Source: a virus (taxonomy: Duplodnaviria; Caudoviricetes). Taken from it: DNA of 64,000 bases. The notes below the pieces were generated by a model. That model worked only from the letters and a program-made list of their open reading frames with translations. It searched no databases and had not been told where the DNA came from. Shown here one piece after another: positions 36,058-48,200 of this stretch. Position 1 is the first letter of the stretch. Each line of letters opens with the position of its first letter. The stretch is from positions 160,001 through 224,000 of IMG/VR virus record IMGVR_UViG_3300011862_000001. One strand, given 5' to 3'. The position numbers were made by a program, and so were the translations under genes.

Positions 36058-39000
36058 TTAGAAGCTGGTCGACATAAAATGAACCGCGAGATCGCTTGCC
36101 GTTTTGCGCCCGATAAGATCACACCACTTGGTGGCGACGATAACCCCTTCTGGTACAAACAACGCAGGCGGTGTGGTTTCCACCCCGCCGGCCATGACCA
36201 CCGGTACGTAACCGTTGCTGTCTGGATAAGGAATCAGCTCGGCTTGTTGCACGGTGCCCGGGAAGCCTTTGACGCCAGTGGCATCAATTGTCATCTCGGT
36301 ATCCGGCCCACTGGCTGCCAGCAAGGTTTCGGTGTTGGTCCCCGCATCGTAGTCGTAAATGGCAAACGCGACGAGCTTATTGCCCCAAGCTTGTACCATC
36401 GCCGTTAACAACAACCCATTGACCCGCACCCCGGTTAACACGTTAGGCACAACCCCAATCGTTGCAGTTACCGTTGAGCCGACCGGACACGATGCATCCA
36501 CCCCGTTAACCGAGGAGGCGACCGACTGTCCCGTGGTACCGGCTGGGTAGTAAAGCTTGACCCGCAGCTGGTTCTTGGTTGGGGTGACCCGCATAAACGC
36601 ACTGAACGACATACTGCTGGCAGGCAAGCTAGGCGCAGTTAACCCAACCCAGATACGACCAGCAGCATACGCACTCGCGTTCTCTGCCTGTGTGGCAGCA
36701 GCCATTTTCAACTGCGTCGAGAAGCGAAACGCCATATTGCCGTCTTCGGCACCGAGAAAGTTTTTCACGGGCTTTTTGACGACCGGCACACCTGTCGGGC
36801 GAAGTTGGCTCACGGTCACACGACTATAGTAACGACTGTCAAAATAGTTGCCGGGCGTCGCCATGTCATCAGTGAGCGGGACTTTACGCAGCAGACCGAG
36901 CGGTGAGTTGGCCGCATCTACCGCCACGTTCAAATCGTGACTGTGAGACACACCCTGGTGCTCAGCCAGTTGCTTGACATTACCCAGACGTTTTACCTTG
37001 TTGATTTCCAACCCGGTAATACGCGCGTCATCGGTGGTCACTTTCCCCACCCACAGACGGGAGGTAGTGTCCTGAAGACGCTGGGTAGACAACTCGTAAT
37101 GGGCGCTGTCGCCGCTACGCACGACGTACAAGTAGAACGTTTGGTTTTGATAGTTGGCAGGAAACGCCTGCTTCAAATCCACGCTCCACGGAGCCAACAT
37201 AAACTCAGTAGCCCCGATACGCCAGACAGTTTGTTCGGTGGTGTAGAAGTTCCACCCCTCCGCTGTCTTCATCCCGGTAATAATCACTGAGCCGAGCGAT
37301 GTCGTCACCCCGTTGACTAAATCAGACGCCTTCAATAACGGACCGCCTAACAGCGACGGGTCAAAGCCGTTCGATAACTGGGCAAAGCCGCCTAAGTCCG
37401 GTACGTACGTCTCGTACACAGCAGCCGGATAAACGTAGGAGTTCGACGACAACGCGGCAACCGAACCTGACCACACACCCGCTGCCTTAGTCAATGTCAA
37501 TGCCAGACTTATCGCATAGGTCCCCCCTGGCATATACGCGGCCATCGCAAACGGCAACGTCAAACGGTATTTCGCGCCGTCTGCGGTAAACAGTGAGGCT
37601 TGGCCTACCCGACGGTTACGGTTGCCATCAAACAGGTCTTGGCGCACTTGCGAGGCATACACCATGGCGTTCGCACGAAAACCGACTGACTTCAGTACCA
37701 CCCCTGCAAAGCTCATCTTACCGGCGACGATTTGTGGCGTCAGCTGGTAGAAATAGGTGCTGAGGTAATTGCGGTCGGTGACCATGTTAATGGTAGACAC
37801 CATCGCGATAACCAGCGGGCCATCACTTTGCGATAACCCCAATACCCACAGGTCGATACCAAACGCTCTGCCTCCGGCCATTGCGGCTTCAGCAATGCGT
37901 TCTGAGGCGTAGCCGTTAGCACTGCCCGCTTGTGCCTGGTCGATAATGGCTTGGCGTAACACGGCCCAATCAGCATCAGCCACCGTTAAGCGGTCAGCGG
38001 TTATCCCGGTACTGCCAACAATGCCCCGATACGGTAACGTGGCCGGACCAATGAAGTGTGCACCGTCAAGTAACCCATTCGGGTTTTGAGCATTGACCAC
38101 CATCGGAATCTGCGCCATGGACGCATAGGTTGCCCACGGGACGATGGTACGATTATTCGTCGGACCAAAGCCACCAAACCCTGGCACCCCATAACTGCCT
38201 GCCGGGTCGTACTCGGCCTCCACACAATCGGCCGATGTGACATCGTTCAACCACACTTTACGGGTACCTGGGAAGAACAGCGGCGCTGACATCCCCGCCC
38301 TAATAACCGAACCACGACCATCCGGAATGTGCGTTTCAACAAACTGCGCACCACCGTACTGCATAGCCAGGAAATCAAAGAACGAGACCCCGTCTGGTAA
38401 TTTCTGAATCTCCACACAGTAGTCACGGTTGGTTTCAGTGGAAACGTGGAAGTTCACACTGCGACCATCACCGACGTCAGTAAGAGACACAACGGTATAC
38501 CACGATTGACGGGTGTTCCATTTCACTGGCAGGCCGAGTTTCACGCGGTCACGGGTATACACCCCGTCTGCATCAATGATGAGCGGGAAGAAGTCCGTTA
38601 ACAGCGTCAGGTTACCGGTAGCGACGTCAATGTCGACTGCCGAGCTCCAGGTGCCGTACGAGGTGTTCTGCACGTTACCAAAGTAATACGACTGGTGGTT
38701 ACCCCCGATACGTAATACCCCGCCTTTACACTGTGCGGTCACACGTTGGTTCGGACCACGGGTAAGCTCCAGTGCACGCGGCCAGGCTGCGTTAGCGGCC
38801 GGAGTGACATAAGCAAACTTACTGGTCCCTGCCACCTCGTTGACATAACTGCCCGGTGCCACAATATCCGCACACTTACCGACCATGCGGCTATAGTTGA
38901 CCTTCGCCTGCTTGACGACCAAGCTGTTGGCAGCAAGTCCACTTAACGGGAAGCTATAATAGCCTACCCGGTAAATCGCACTGGCAGAGTAGTTCCCGTT

Positions 39001-41130
39001 GATATTCGCACGCGTAACATAAAAGGTGGTGCCATCAAAGGTCAGTACGTCAGTATGCATATTCGGGACAAACGGCGCAGTGGTGTCTTCCGCGTAGTCC
39101 TCAAACTGAAGCGCACACACGGTCGTGTGCTTGCGATAGTTTAAGGTACCGTTAAAGTTCACCATATACAGCCTGTCGTCACTGCCACGGGCAATCAGCC
39201 CTTCCGCCCCACTGATAACAATCTCGCGCAGATACACACCCGGGTATTTGGTGGTCATGCCTTCCGGTTGATAACGGAACGAGGTTTTCTTGATATCGGT
39301 GACGCTGTTATCGGCATTGACGTTGCCGTAGGCGTAATAGATGCGGCGACTGTCCTGCGTACCAGAATGACAGTTCAGCAGCAGGTACACCACATCCCCT
39401 TCCACTTTGGCAGCACCCATCATCTCCACGGTGTTACGGGCAAAGCCTTCGAAGTTCCCGACACCGGGAATTGGCAAGTAGCCCGGGTTACCGAACGACT
39501 GTCCACCCATGGCCCAGCTTGGCAACAGGTCATTGACTTTCTCACGCAGCGTGTTGATACGCTGTTGAACCGCATAACCCTGCTTGGAAGTCACCACTTT
39601 ATCGGTGGTGGCATCAATGGCATCCCACAACTGCACCAGACCGGCATCGGTATCTGAGGCGGTCGGTACACCGGTTAAATCGCCAAAGGTGTGGGCGTGA
39701 CCCAGGGGTGCTTTTTCCGTGAGTGCCGTTTTAATGGCGTTGGTCACCGGCTTGTCAATCGGCGCGGTGTTGGTGACCTGGTCTAAGCCAAAATCGCCAG
39801 CTGACAGCGTCAGGTCTTGGCGGTCGTTAGCCAAAACAAAGCCTTTACCGTTAACGGTGTAGGTGTTGTCCACGTAGTTGTCAAGCGCACTCTTTAATGC
39901 ACTGACCGCCTTTTGTGAAATGGCCGCCCCGGCAGCGATGTTCGCTGAGAGGTTAGTGACCAGCAACAACCCGGCTTCCGTCGCAGACGCTAAGGGCAGC
40001 ACCGCGTTCATGTTGACCGGGGAAAACTCTTGTGCCGTGCCATAGATTTTCAGGCTGTCGGTCGATTCGAAATAGGCGTTGGCCGGTAACAGCTTCACGG
40101 CTGACAGGTACAACGACACCATCTCTGGGGTAATCAGATACGCCCCGTTAAAGATAGGCGCTTTGGCACCCGAGGCCACATACATCGCGTTCAGGCCAGC
40201 ACTGACTTCCACCGCTATCCCCGGGTCGTTATTGTCGGCATCGGCAATCAACGTTAACGGTTTGGTGGTGGTAATCAGGAACTTATCACCTTGCATGGTA
40301 ATGACGTGGCTGGAATCGGCCGTACGGAACGTCAAGGCACCGTTGTTGATAACCCGCAGGCGACCACGCAGCTCGCCTAATACCACCGGCATCAAGGTGT
40401 CGATGTGGGTCTGCTGGATACCGTTGACTTTCATCACCTCAACCAGTTCGTCCACCGTACGACCAAACGCACGGGTACAATCCACGGCTTTGGTTAAAAG
40501 CTTTAAGGCCCCGATTTCTTCGGCTGTGTACTGGTGGGCGTTTTTGATTTTGTGATGCTGGTAGAGGTTGTCATCAAAGATTTTCTTACCGACCTGGAAG
40601 ATTTGTTCGGTCACCGCTGCAAAGGCGCTGTCCATCTCAGTCGCACGGGCAAGAATCCCTACCCGGATACGGTCCAGTTGGGCGACGACTTCATCACGTA
40701 AAATCGCTTCATCTAAACTGTGGGGTGGGTCAATGGCAGGCACCACCGGCGCATAGCGCATCAGTGAAGCCCAGTCGATATTACGCGGGTCTTTTAAGTC
40801 CGGGTTAACCAGGAACTTGCCAATCTCAGATTGGGGGACACGGTATTCACGACCCACGGAATTAATGGTGTACTGAACGGTGGTTTCCGTCAGTAGCATG
40901 ATGCCGCCGAACACCTGCGCTTGCAGGGCGTCAGCCGCTTCTTTAAAGTAGTAACAGAGATAGTAATCCAAACCCTCAATCAGGTTACGCCCTGCGGGGG
41001 TTTTAAGCACTAGCCCTACGCGGTAAAACGGCCCCTCGGGCGGCACCACGACGTTAAACTTGTTCGGGTAGGTGACCGTGGTCAACGTCCCGTTAAACGG
41101 TGCCGGGCTTTGCGTCGACATGAATAACAC
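36058..41130 (-). CDS. large tail fibre-like virion protein (1690 aa)
   Basis: Shared GPFY/EGLDY N-terminus; GLDQVTNT..DKP, HAH and ASDTDAGLVQL fibre motifs. Confidence 0.85.
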   Translation of the reverse strand: MLFMSTQSPAPFNGTLTTVTYPNKFNVVVPPEGPFYRVGLVLKTPAGRNLIEGLDYYLCYYFKEAADALQAQVFGGIMLLTETTVQYTINSVGREYRVPQSEIGKFLVNPDLKDPRNIDWASLMRYAPVVPAIDPPHSLDEAILRDEVVAQLDRIRVGILARATEMDSAFAAVTEQIFQVGKKIFDDNLYQHHKIKNAHQYTAEEIGALKLLTKAVDCTRAFGRTVDELVEVMKVNGIQQTHIDTLMPVVLGELRGRLRVINNGALTFRTADSSHVITMQGDKFLITTTKPLTLIADADNNDPGIAVEVSAGLNAMYVASGAKAPIFNGAYLITPEMVSLYLSAVKLLPANAYFESTDSLKIYGTAQEFSPVNMNAVLPLASATEAGLLLVTNLSANIAAGAAISQKAVSALKSALDNYVDNTYTVNGKGFVLANDRQDLTLSAGDFGLDQVTNTAPIDKPVTNAIKTALTEKAPLGHAHTFGDLTGVPTASDTDAGLVQLWDAIDATTDKVVTSKQGYAVQQRINTLREKVNDLLPSWAMGGQSFGNPGYLPIPGVGNFEGFARNTVEMMGAAKVEGDVVYLLLNCHSGTQDSRRIYYAYGNVNADNSVTDIKKTSFRYQPEGMTTKYPGVYLREIVISGAEGLIARGSDDRLYMVNFNGTLNYRKHTTVCALQFEDYAEDTTAPFVPNMHTDVLTFDGTTFYVTRANINGNYSASAIYRVGYYSFPLSGLAANSLVVKQAKVNYSRMVGKCADIVAPGSYVNEVAGTSKFAYVTPAANAAWPRALELTRGPNQRVTAQCKGGVLRIGGNHQSYYFGNVQNTSYGTWSSAVDIDVATGNLTLLTDFFPLIIDADGVYTRDRVKLGLPVKWNTRQSWYTVVSLTDVGDGRSVNFHVSTETNRDYCVEIQKLPDGVSFFDFLAMQYGGAQFVETHIPDGRGSVIRAGMSAPLFFPGTRKVWLNDVTSADCVEAEYDPAGSYGVPGFGGFGPTNNRTIVPWATYASMAQIPMVVNAQNPNGLLDGAHFIGPATLPYRGIVGSTGITADRLTVADADWAVLRQAIIDQAQAGSANGYASERIAEAAMAGGRAFGIDLWVLGLSQSDGPLVIAMVSTINMVTDRNYLSTYFYQLTPQIVAGKMSFAGVVLKSVGFRANAMVYASQVRQDLFDGNRNRRVGQASLFTADGAKYRLTLPFAMAAYMPGGTYAISLALTLTKAAGVWSGSVAALSSNSYVYPAAVYETYVPDLGGFAQLSNGFDPSLLGGPLLKASDLVNGVTTSLGSVIITGMKTAEGWNFYTTEQTVWRIGATEFMLAPWSVDLKQAFPANYQNQTFYLYVVRSGDSAHYELSTQRLQDTTSRLWVGKVTTDDARITGLEINKVKRLGNVKQLAEHQGVSHSHDLNVAVDAANSPLGLLRKVPLTDDMATPGNYFDSRYYSRVTVSQLRPTGVPVVKKPVKNFLGAEDGNMAFRFSTQLKMAAATQAENASAYAAGRIWVGLTAPSLPASSMSFSAFMRVTPTKNQLRVKLYYPAGTTGQSVASSVNGVDASCPVGSTVTATIGVVPNVLTGVRVNGLLLTAMVQAWGNKLVAFAIYDYDAGTNTETLLAASGPDTEMTIDATGVKGFPGTVQQAELIPYPDSNGYVPVVMAGGVETTPPALFVPEGVIVATKWCDLIGRKTASDLAVHFMSTSF

Positions 41131-41139
41131 TCCTGCGCT

Positions 41140-41177
41140 GAAATAAAAACGGATACCGCCCCCCGAAAGGGGCGGTA
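41140..41177 (-). terminator. intrinsic terminator
   Basis: TACCGCCCC..CGAA..GGGGCGGTA stem-loop with an A-rich flank on +. Confidence 0.7.
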
Positions 41178-41208
41178 ACTTACGGACGCACGCCCGTAAG
41201 CGTGTCGT

Positions 41209-44200
41209 CTACACCCAATGACCGAAGTCCGTGCCATCCTGCTGCCGCTCTGCATCCATCTGGGCAGTCAGGTATTCCCACACCCGTTGCGTCATGTGAA
41301 AATCGCTATTACGCGGTAGAATATACCGCAATCCAGCGAATCGTAATGTTGCAGGCGTATTGTGGGTAAAGCTTTCGCTAACACCACCATTGTAGTTAAA
41401 CGTTACCGTGTATTCACACACCAACGGTCCCCGTATTCCCAGCGGTCTCGGCAAGAAGTACAAATAGGCATTGAGTACGGAACGCGCGGCCACGCCCGAT
41501 ACGGACATGTTTATCGTCTGTACGGTGGTAGGATCAGCAGTCACCGACAACCCATCGCCATACGCACCCGAACCCAGGAACACATCGTGGTTACAACGCA
41601 CATCGAGGGTGATTGACGTTACCGGTGTGTTTTTAGTGGATTGAAGCTTCAAAGCAAGCGGCGTATTAAGAATAGCCATAGTGCCTGAACCATCAACAGA
41701 CGCCCGCCAGTCGGTTGGTGACACATTGTCTAGCCCCGGCGAACCCACATTGATGGCTTGCTCCCAAAACATCGTCGGTAACTGCCCAACGTGGGAGATT
41801 TCCACTGACCCTTCCTCACACGGCAGAGAAATAAACTCGGTCGTATTCGGCTGCAATGTAGATGACCCATACGCTGTGCGTGGCATTAATGGCGTAGCCC
41901 AACGATTCACCGCGTTATCCACGTACGACTCAAACAACGACCGGAAATAATGGTATTTGTTTGCGTCGAAACCACTCGCAGAAATGTCCATCAACGTCGG
42001 GAGCATTTTTATCTGCGTGTACGGCGTGTTAGCCGGAATCACCAACCCAACAAAGCCACCCATAAACAGACTGGCGTCAAAGTTGAACTGGTATTCTAAC
42101 TCCGTGAGCTTAATCACATCTGCCACACCGTCGTAGTACAACTTAAACACCCGCAGTACGCGTGTCTTCAGATTGTAACGATAACGGATGTGTTGACGCG
42201 GCATGCTGTTTTTCAAGGTCGGGTAGTCAAGCGCTGATGCATCCGTGATATCCGCCTGACGGACCACCGTTTTCGTGTACGAAGGGGTAACCCCTGCAAA
42301 CGTCGGTAGTGTCTTTTGATAAAACGTCTGGACCGCAATCCCTTTCGCAAACCCAATCTCGACACTGTCGTCGGCTTTCAGTTTCAGGTATTTCAACCGA
42401 TAGTAAGACGATGACGCACCCGTACGTGGGGCGACAAACAACAGTTCCGGTTGGGAAGGTAGATTGGGGTACGGCAGCTGATGCTCTGCCAGCAAACTCC
42501 CTTCAAACGTCGGGTTGCCGTTCTCCTTGGGGTTATACGGCGTACGCCAAAAGGCAGGCGACTGGTTATCGACTGCGTACAGCGCGATAAGCGGGTTGGT
42601 GTCCTGGCGAGAGAGATTCGCGTACCAACGATTAGGGTTAATCTCCGTATCGCGGTCCGAATAGACAGCCAGTTGTACCGCCAGTTGAAGTTTACCCAAC
42701 GGAAGCATACTCGAGTTATCCGAGAAGCGCCAATCACCCCGTAGCGGGATATGCGCGTCTTTACGCACGATATGCGTGGCTAACTCTTTGCTGCTACCAA
42801 AGTCGGTCATCTTCTCAAAGCTGACACTGCTGCCCACTAACCCACCTACCGGCACATCGATGTAACCGATGAAGGCGCGTTCGATGTCAATCCCTTCGGA
42901 GAGAATCGGTTCAGCACGACTGAACAGTGACCCGGTTGCCATATTCAGATACAGGTAATGACGCATCCCTTCTGGGTTGGTCACAAAATCCTGAAGCTGG
43001 GTAATCGGGTTACCGACCTCACTACGCGCGACCGGAGCATTACCATCAAAGATTTCATAGGTAATTCCCGCAGCCCGCGAGGTGTTGTTACAGTTCGACA
43101 GAATACCAATGCAATGGGTGTCTTGCGTTGGGTCGACATCCGCTTCCACGTACAACGGTGCCGCACCGGCAATCAGTTGTGCCCCATCGAGATACACCGT
43201 AACCGGTCCACCGCCACTGACGTACATCTTAAGCTTACCGCTACAAATCCGCACTCGGGTTTTGGTAATCATCGGCACCCCAGCGGTGGTACCGCGGGCG
43301 GCTGCTGTTACCGACAGCACCTGAGGTTGGAGCGTCAACGGCGGCGGCGGCGTTATGCCATTCATTGAGGTTGCCAGCCCACTGCTTTGTACGCCCGCCG
43401 GCCAGGTGTTCTCCAGCACGTTGTTCGGACTAAACCAGTTGAACATCGGGGTGGTTTGCAAATCGATAGTTCCGTTCGCTACCCCTTCACCACGTTCACC
43501 ATTCAGCAAATAGAAGTAACGCAGGTCTTTAACCGTCAGCCCTTTTTTGGTGGCGGTTATCGTCCAGGTCGAATCGTCAATCGCTGAGAAATCGGTGGTT
43601 TGCCCTGGGCGGTTATTCATCGTCGCCGTAGCGATAATGTCTAACCGGTCAGACAACTGTTTTAACAGATTCGGCGTAACGGCTTTTGCCCCACCGACAC
43701 CATCGACCGTGTTGGTGAAACGCGCGGCACCGTACGTGCTGCTGGTTGCAGGCACAAAGTCAAGCTCTGACCAATCGTGCTTGTGACCTTTGAGACTTAA
43801 CGCATCCAGTTCAAACTGCTGGGCGACTGAAATCGGTTTATCGACATCACGGGTGTTATCGACGTTACCGAGTTGCAGGTCAGCTTTGGTCATCGTACGC
43901 TGCCCATCGTCCATGGCTTTGGAGTTCAGCATGGAGGATTTGGCGACGTACGTCCCGGTCTTCCCTTCGTACGGCGTTAACGAGTCCGGTGTGGCTGCTA
44001 CCCCACTGGTTTCGGTCCCCGGCCCTGATTTCAAGCGAGCCACCCCTTTGGTGGTGGTAGTGGCAGTCGGGGGCGTTAAGGTGCCTTTAATCGGGTCGGC
44101 TTTGGAGCCTTTACCGGTAAACGCTAAACCATTACGGCCTTCTATCCACAGCTTGTTATCATCAGGGTCAGTGTTGTCCGCGTTGCCTTGGCTTTGGTAA

Positions 44201-45267
44201 GCACGCAGCGTGGTGGTGGTCAACAGCACAACGCCGTTAAGCATCAGCTTGTCCATCCCCAGCGCATTACCGGATGACTCAATACGCAGGGTATTGACAC
44301 CGGACTTCCACTCCATAAAGCGCAGCGTCGGGTCATCAGGAAGGTAGCCTGCGGCGAGGACAATCGAGCCGTTAGACTTAAGCGTAAAGGCCGTATCACT
44401 GAAGGTGATTTCTGAGGTACCACCGGCAGATTTAAACAACTGACGGTTAGGAGCCAGTTGCTGGACAAACACCCCATCGACGTTTTTGCACGCCCATTTC
44501 TCGACGTACTTATCGATATCCGATTGCTGTAAGCCGAGAGCCCGAATCTCTGCGGTTAACTGGCGCAGTGTTTTACCGAAGGCCAAAAAGGTATCCGGGG
44601 TTTTCAGGTTAACGGGATGTGCCCCAGATTGAGCAAGGGTGATGCCGTGTGCTTTGTGGTCAGCAATGTGCGCTGGGTAGTTAAACGCCGTCACCTCAGC
44701 TTGAAGCGCGGTCACCGTGAGACGCAGGCTTTCCAGCTTGGCTTTCAATACGTCATTGGCATTACCTGACGCCAGTTCAATATCGGCTACCGCAGAAGCG
44801 AGGTATTTTTTGTTGAGCAAATCCGCCCAAGAGGTTGCCGAGGGCATGGTCGGATAAAGCGTCGGTCGGTTTTCGGTATTGAGCCAATCGCCTTCTTCCG
44901 GGTTATTCAGGTACTTTACCAACTCATCGAGAATATCGACAAACGGAGAGTAGAAACTGTCACCGAGCACTTGGCCTTTAAAGGTTAAGGTGCCGGAAAC
45001 TAACGGGTTGGTTAACTCAATCCCACAGAACACCGGGGATGCCACACTGTCATCTAACTCAGCGAGTTGATAGACCAGTTCATAATCCACACCCCGCACA
45101 AGCGGGGTGGTGCTGCCTGCTACCGTAACAACCAGACTGGTGCCGAAAAAGGGGCGGTGCTTTAGCACCACCACTCGGTCAGCTTGGTTATCAGCGCTCA
45201 CGATGCGATCTTCAGTAAACGCGTTAGCAGGATTGGTACCCTTCCAATCGTAAGGATACGTTCCCAT
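41209..45267 (-). CDS. large tail fibre-like virion protein (1352 aa)
   Basis: YPYD...RPFF...LVRGVDYEL N-terminus; ATTTTKGVARL, LGNVDNTRDVDKPIS and HKH fibre motifs. Confidence 0.85.
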   Translation of the reverse strand: MGTYPYDWKGTNPANAFTEDRIVSADNQADRVVVLKHRPFFGTSLVVTVAGSTTPLVRGVDYELVYQLAELDDSVASPVFCGIELTNPLVSGTLTFKGQVLGDSFYSPFVDILDELVKYLNNPEEGDWLNTENRPTLYPTMPSATSWADLLNKKYLASAVADIELASGNANDVLKAKLESLRLTVTALQAEVTAFNYPAHIADHKAHGITLAQSGAHPVNLKTPDTFLAFGKTLRQLTAEIRALGLQQSDIDKYVEKWACKNVDGVFVQQLAPNRQLFKSAGGTSEITFSDTAFTLKSNGSIVLAAGYLPDDPTLRFMEWKSGVNTLRIESSGNALGMDKLMLNGVVLLTTTTLRAYQSQGNADNTDPDDNKLWIEGRNGLAFTGKGSKADPIKGTLTPPTATTTTKGVARLKSGPGTETSGVAATPDSLTPYEGKTGTYVAKSSMLNSKAMDDGQRTMTKADLQLGNVDNTRDVDKPISVAQQFELDALSLKGHKHDWSELDFVPATSSTYGAARFTNTVDGVGGAKAVTPNLLKQLSDRLDIIATATMNNRPGQTTDFSAIDDSTWTITATKKGLTVKDLRYFYLLNGERGEGVANGTIDLQTTPMFNWFSPNNVLENTWPAGVQSSGLATSMNGITPPPPLTLQPQVLSVTAAARGTTAGVPMITKTRVRICSGKLKMYVSGGGPVTVYLDGAQLIAGAAPLYVEADVDPTQDTHCIGILSNCNNTSRAAGITYEIFDGNAPVARSEVGNPITQLQDFVTNPEGMRHYLYLNMATGSLFSRAEPILSEGIDIERAFIGYIDVPVGGLVGSSVSFEKMTDFGSSKELATHIVRKDAHIPLRGDWRFSDNSSMLPLGKLQLAVQLAVYSDRDTEINPNRWYANLSRQDTNPLIALYAVDNQSPAFWRTPYNPKENGNPTFEGSLLAEHQLPYPNLPSQPELLFVAPRTGASSSYYRLKYLKLKADDSVEIGFAKGIAVQTFYQKTLPTFAGVTPSYTKTVVRQADITDASALDYPTLKNSMPRQHIRYRYNLKTRVLRVFKLYYDGVADVIKLTELEYQFNFDASLFMGGFVGLVIPANTPYTQIKMLPTLMDISASGFDANKYHYFRSLFESYVDNAVNRWATPLMPRTAYGSSTLQPNTTEFISLPCEEGSVEISHVGQLPTMFWEQAINVGSPGLDNVSPTDWRASVDGSGTMAILNTPLALKLQSTKNTPVTSITLDVRCNHDVFLGSGAYGDGLSVTADPTTVQTINMSVSGVAARSVLNAYLYFLPRPLGIRGPLVCEYTVTFNYNGGVSESFTHNTPATLRFAGLRYILPRNSDFHMTQRVWEYLTAQMDAERQQDGTDFGHWV

Positions 45268-45278
45268 TGTGTCTCTCC

Positions 45279-48200
45279 TTATTCACGAATTATCACCGCC
45301 CGGTACGTGGTACCGGAACGGGTCACTATCGCACGTTCTTTATTCAGGTAGTCAGGAATACCAGCAGGGCGTTTGACCGCACTGGCAAAGTCGTCATTGG
45401 TCGCTTTATCCTGAAGTGCATCCACACTTCTGGCAACCCCCGCGTCACCCATTATCACCCGGAAACGGCGCACATCACTAATGCCATTAAAAAGCGCAAT
45501 CCCGGTTGCATAACGCGACTGGAACTGACCATCGTTGGCATAGCTCATTTTGACAACCGTGTTGGTCGCCATTATCCCACCCACACCGTGTTGAATCGGC
45601 CAGGCAGGGTCACTTACCACATCACTGATATCGGTTGATGTCAGGGACAGGTAGGTGGTGATGTTCACCGATTGATTAACAGGGCCAGTGACACTGAAGG
45701 TAGGCATACCGGCTAACTGCAAGGTGAAGTTGTGCACCACATCGCTGCTGCCGATGGTGAGCGTTAACGTGCCAGTCACATACGGCGCACCGTTAGCGTC
45801 GCGTGACATGGCAAACGACACCCGAGGGTTTAACGCACTCCACGTCCACCCGGTGGTGTACTTGGTGCCATTGATGGCAATAATATATTGCCGTGACGTT
45901 CCGTAGTTGATAGCGAGCGCGGCGTAGCACAACGACCCATCGCTTGCGGTAATGAAGTTGGTGCGGTTAATCAGCAACGACAAGCGTTGACGACGGCCAC
46001 TGCGGTCGACGAAACTCATCAACACCACTTCCAATACCGAGGCAGCAACCGGGGAGGTTAAGCTGAACTCAACATTAATACCACCGGTGGCGTAGTAGTC
46101 ACCCATGTTGAGTAACACTTTGTGCGCCGCCACCGTGCTGCCTTTTTGGGCAAACAGAAAACTGTCGGGGTTATAATCGACATCGGTAATCGGCACAAAG
46201 CTCTCGCCTTTTACCATACGCCAACTGCTATCGCCTCTCACCATGTGACCCGGAAAGCCTCTCCAGTCCGCACCGTTACGTCCGAAGTTGAAACCATACT
46301 GGGCTTCTGTCATCTGACGCGGTGTGTGCGCGTTAACATTCGCGGCGTGTTCTTCTAACTCACGGAACTCACCTAAGCGTGTGACGTTGCGGATAGTGAT
46401 TTGGTCGATACCGGTTTCCGAGGTGAAAATCTCACCGATTCTGGTTAAGGTATCGGTTTCCCCGAAGGCTGGGTTAGCGTTAAGGACATAACGGGCGGCG
46501 TTATCAATCAAATCCACAAACACGCCAATCACCGTGTCCTCGTGCTTATCAGGAAACAGTTCTGTCAAGTTAAAGGTAGCAACCGGTACCGTGTAATCCT
46601 GACCGAGGAAATAGTTGTTGGGCTTCACGGTGACCATCCAACCGTTTATCGTGGTCAGATTATCAATCGGGCTACTGCCGGATTGACCGTAGCGAATGAT
46701 GTTGATAACCGCTTCGGCGTCAGAGTGAGCAACCAGCGCTTCCAGTTGGCTGACCGCGTCAAACTGTGGCAGCACGTACTGACCATCAAGTGCTAAGGTA
46801 GCATCATCGACCGGTCCACCAAACTTCACTAAGCCTGCCTTAGCCGTCGTCGCATTCCCAATGCCGAACGCATCGGCGGTGTGGGTATGGGTGGTTTGGG
46901 CGTACTTGCGAAACTCGGTGTTCTGTAAGCTTGACACCGGCAGATTAAGGTCAGCGATGTTCTCCACGTTCGCGAGGTTAATATCGCTCTTGCCTAAGGT
47001 CACAGAAGAAAGCAGCGGGATACCGTTGATGTACGCTTTGGCCATCTCCAGTTTACCGACAAACGCGTTGGCAAGCTTTTGAATCAGTGCCGGGGTTGCC
47101 GCTAAGCTTTCGGAGTTACCGAAATCGTTGGTCAGTTGACGATACGCGTTGGTGGATAAGTCGCTGTCGTCTGGCGGCACGTAGGTGCAGATAAACGGCA
47201 TGGTTTGAATACCACTGCCCACTATCGTGACGCTGTTGCTGTTGACCCCGTAGAACACCCCTGAACCCCCGCCTTCGTTACCCGGGATATACGGGCCTAC
47301 GGTCGTTGGGTCAAGCAGCTTCTTACCGTTCCACTGAAAGCCCCGGTTATCGGGATAGAGGACAAGGCTGTTGTTACCCCCTTTAAAGGTAATCGGATTG
47401 GTACCAGCATTGATAGTAGTGGAGTCACGACTTAACAGACGAATGACTTTGTCATCAACCTGAAGGCTACTGCCTACCCCATCGCTTTCATTGCCTTTGG
47501 CAGACGTCACAGACGCCAAGCCCGGGATCATGGTGAAGGTACCGGTGATAGTACGCGGTGCTGCACCCACGCGTTGCATCTTATCGCTAAAGTCGCTGGC
47601 TTTGGCACTGCGCTGATTCACGTAGTCGGTCAGGTTCGCTTGGTTGCGACCGGAGACAAGTGTCGTGTCATCGGCAATACCGTTTAGCTCAACGGTGCGC
47701 ATCCGCCCGTAGGACGCATCCTGGTGGGGGTTGGCAGTATCGGCAACATGAGGATGGGCCGGCGCATCACGGTAGATTTTATCGACGATGGCGTGGTATT
47801 GCTTTAATAAGGTAAGCACATCGGAGTTGTCACCGTTGGGGGTGGCAAGCTTAGCCCCGAGGTCGGCAATGGCTTGCATCAGCTCACGTTCAGCTTTCCA
47901 CTGGTCCCAGTCAAACTGGATATCCACCGGCGGGAAGTAGAGTTCACCGATGACTTGTTCCCACTGACACTTCGAGGGGAACACATCGCTGTTAGCCGCC
48001 CGTTCTGCACTAATCTGCGCGGGGGTTGCTTTGCCAATACCGAGTGCATGATAGCTCAGGGTAAAGCCTGAGGTATATGCCGGGTTCACCACCAACACCA
48101 TACCGTGTGCCGAACGCCCGGTTCGGGACATTGCAGTCATGTACGGATGGGTTATCAGGTAGTCGTTACCCAGTTTTAATTCAGTTGTGCCGCTTTTCAC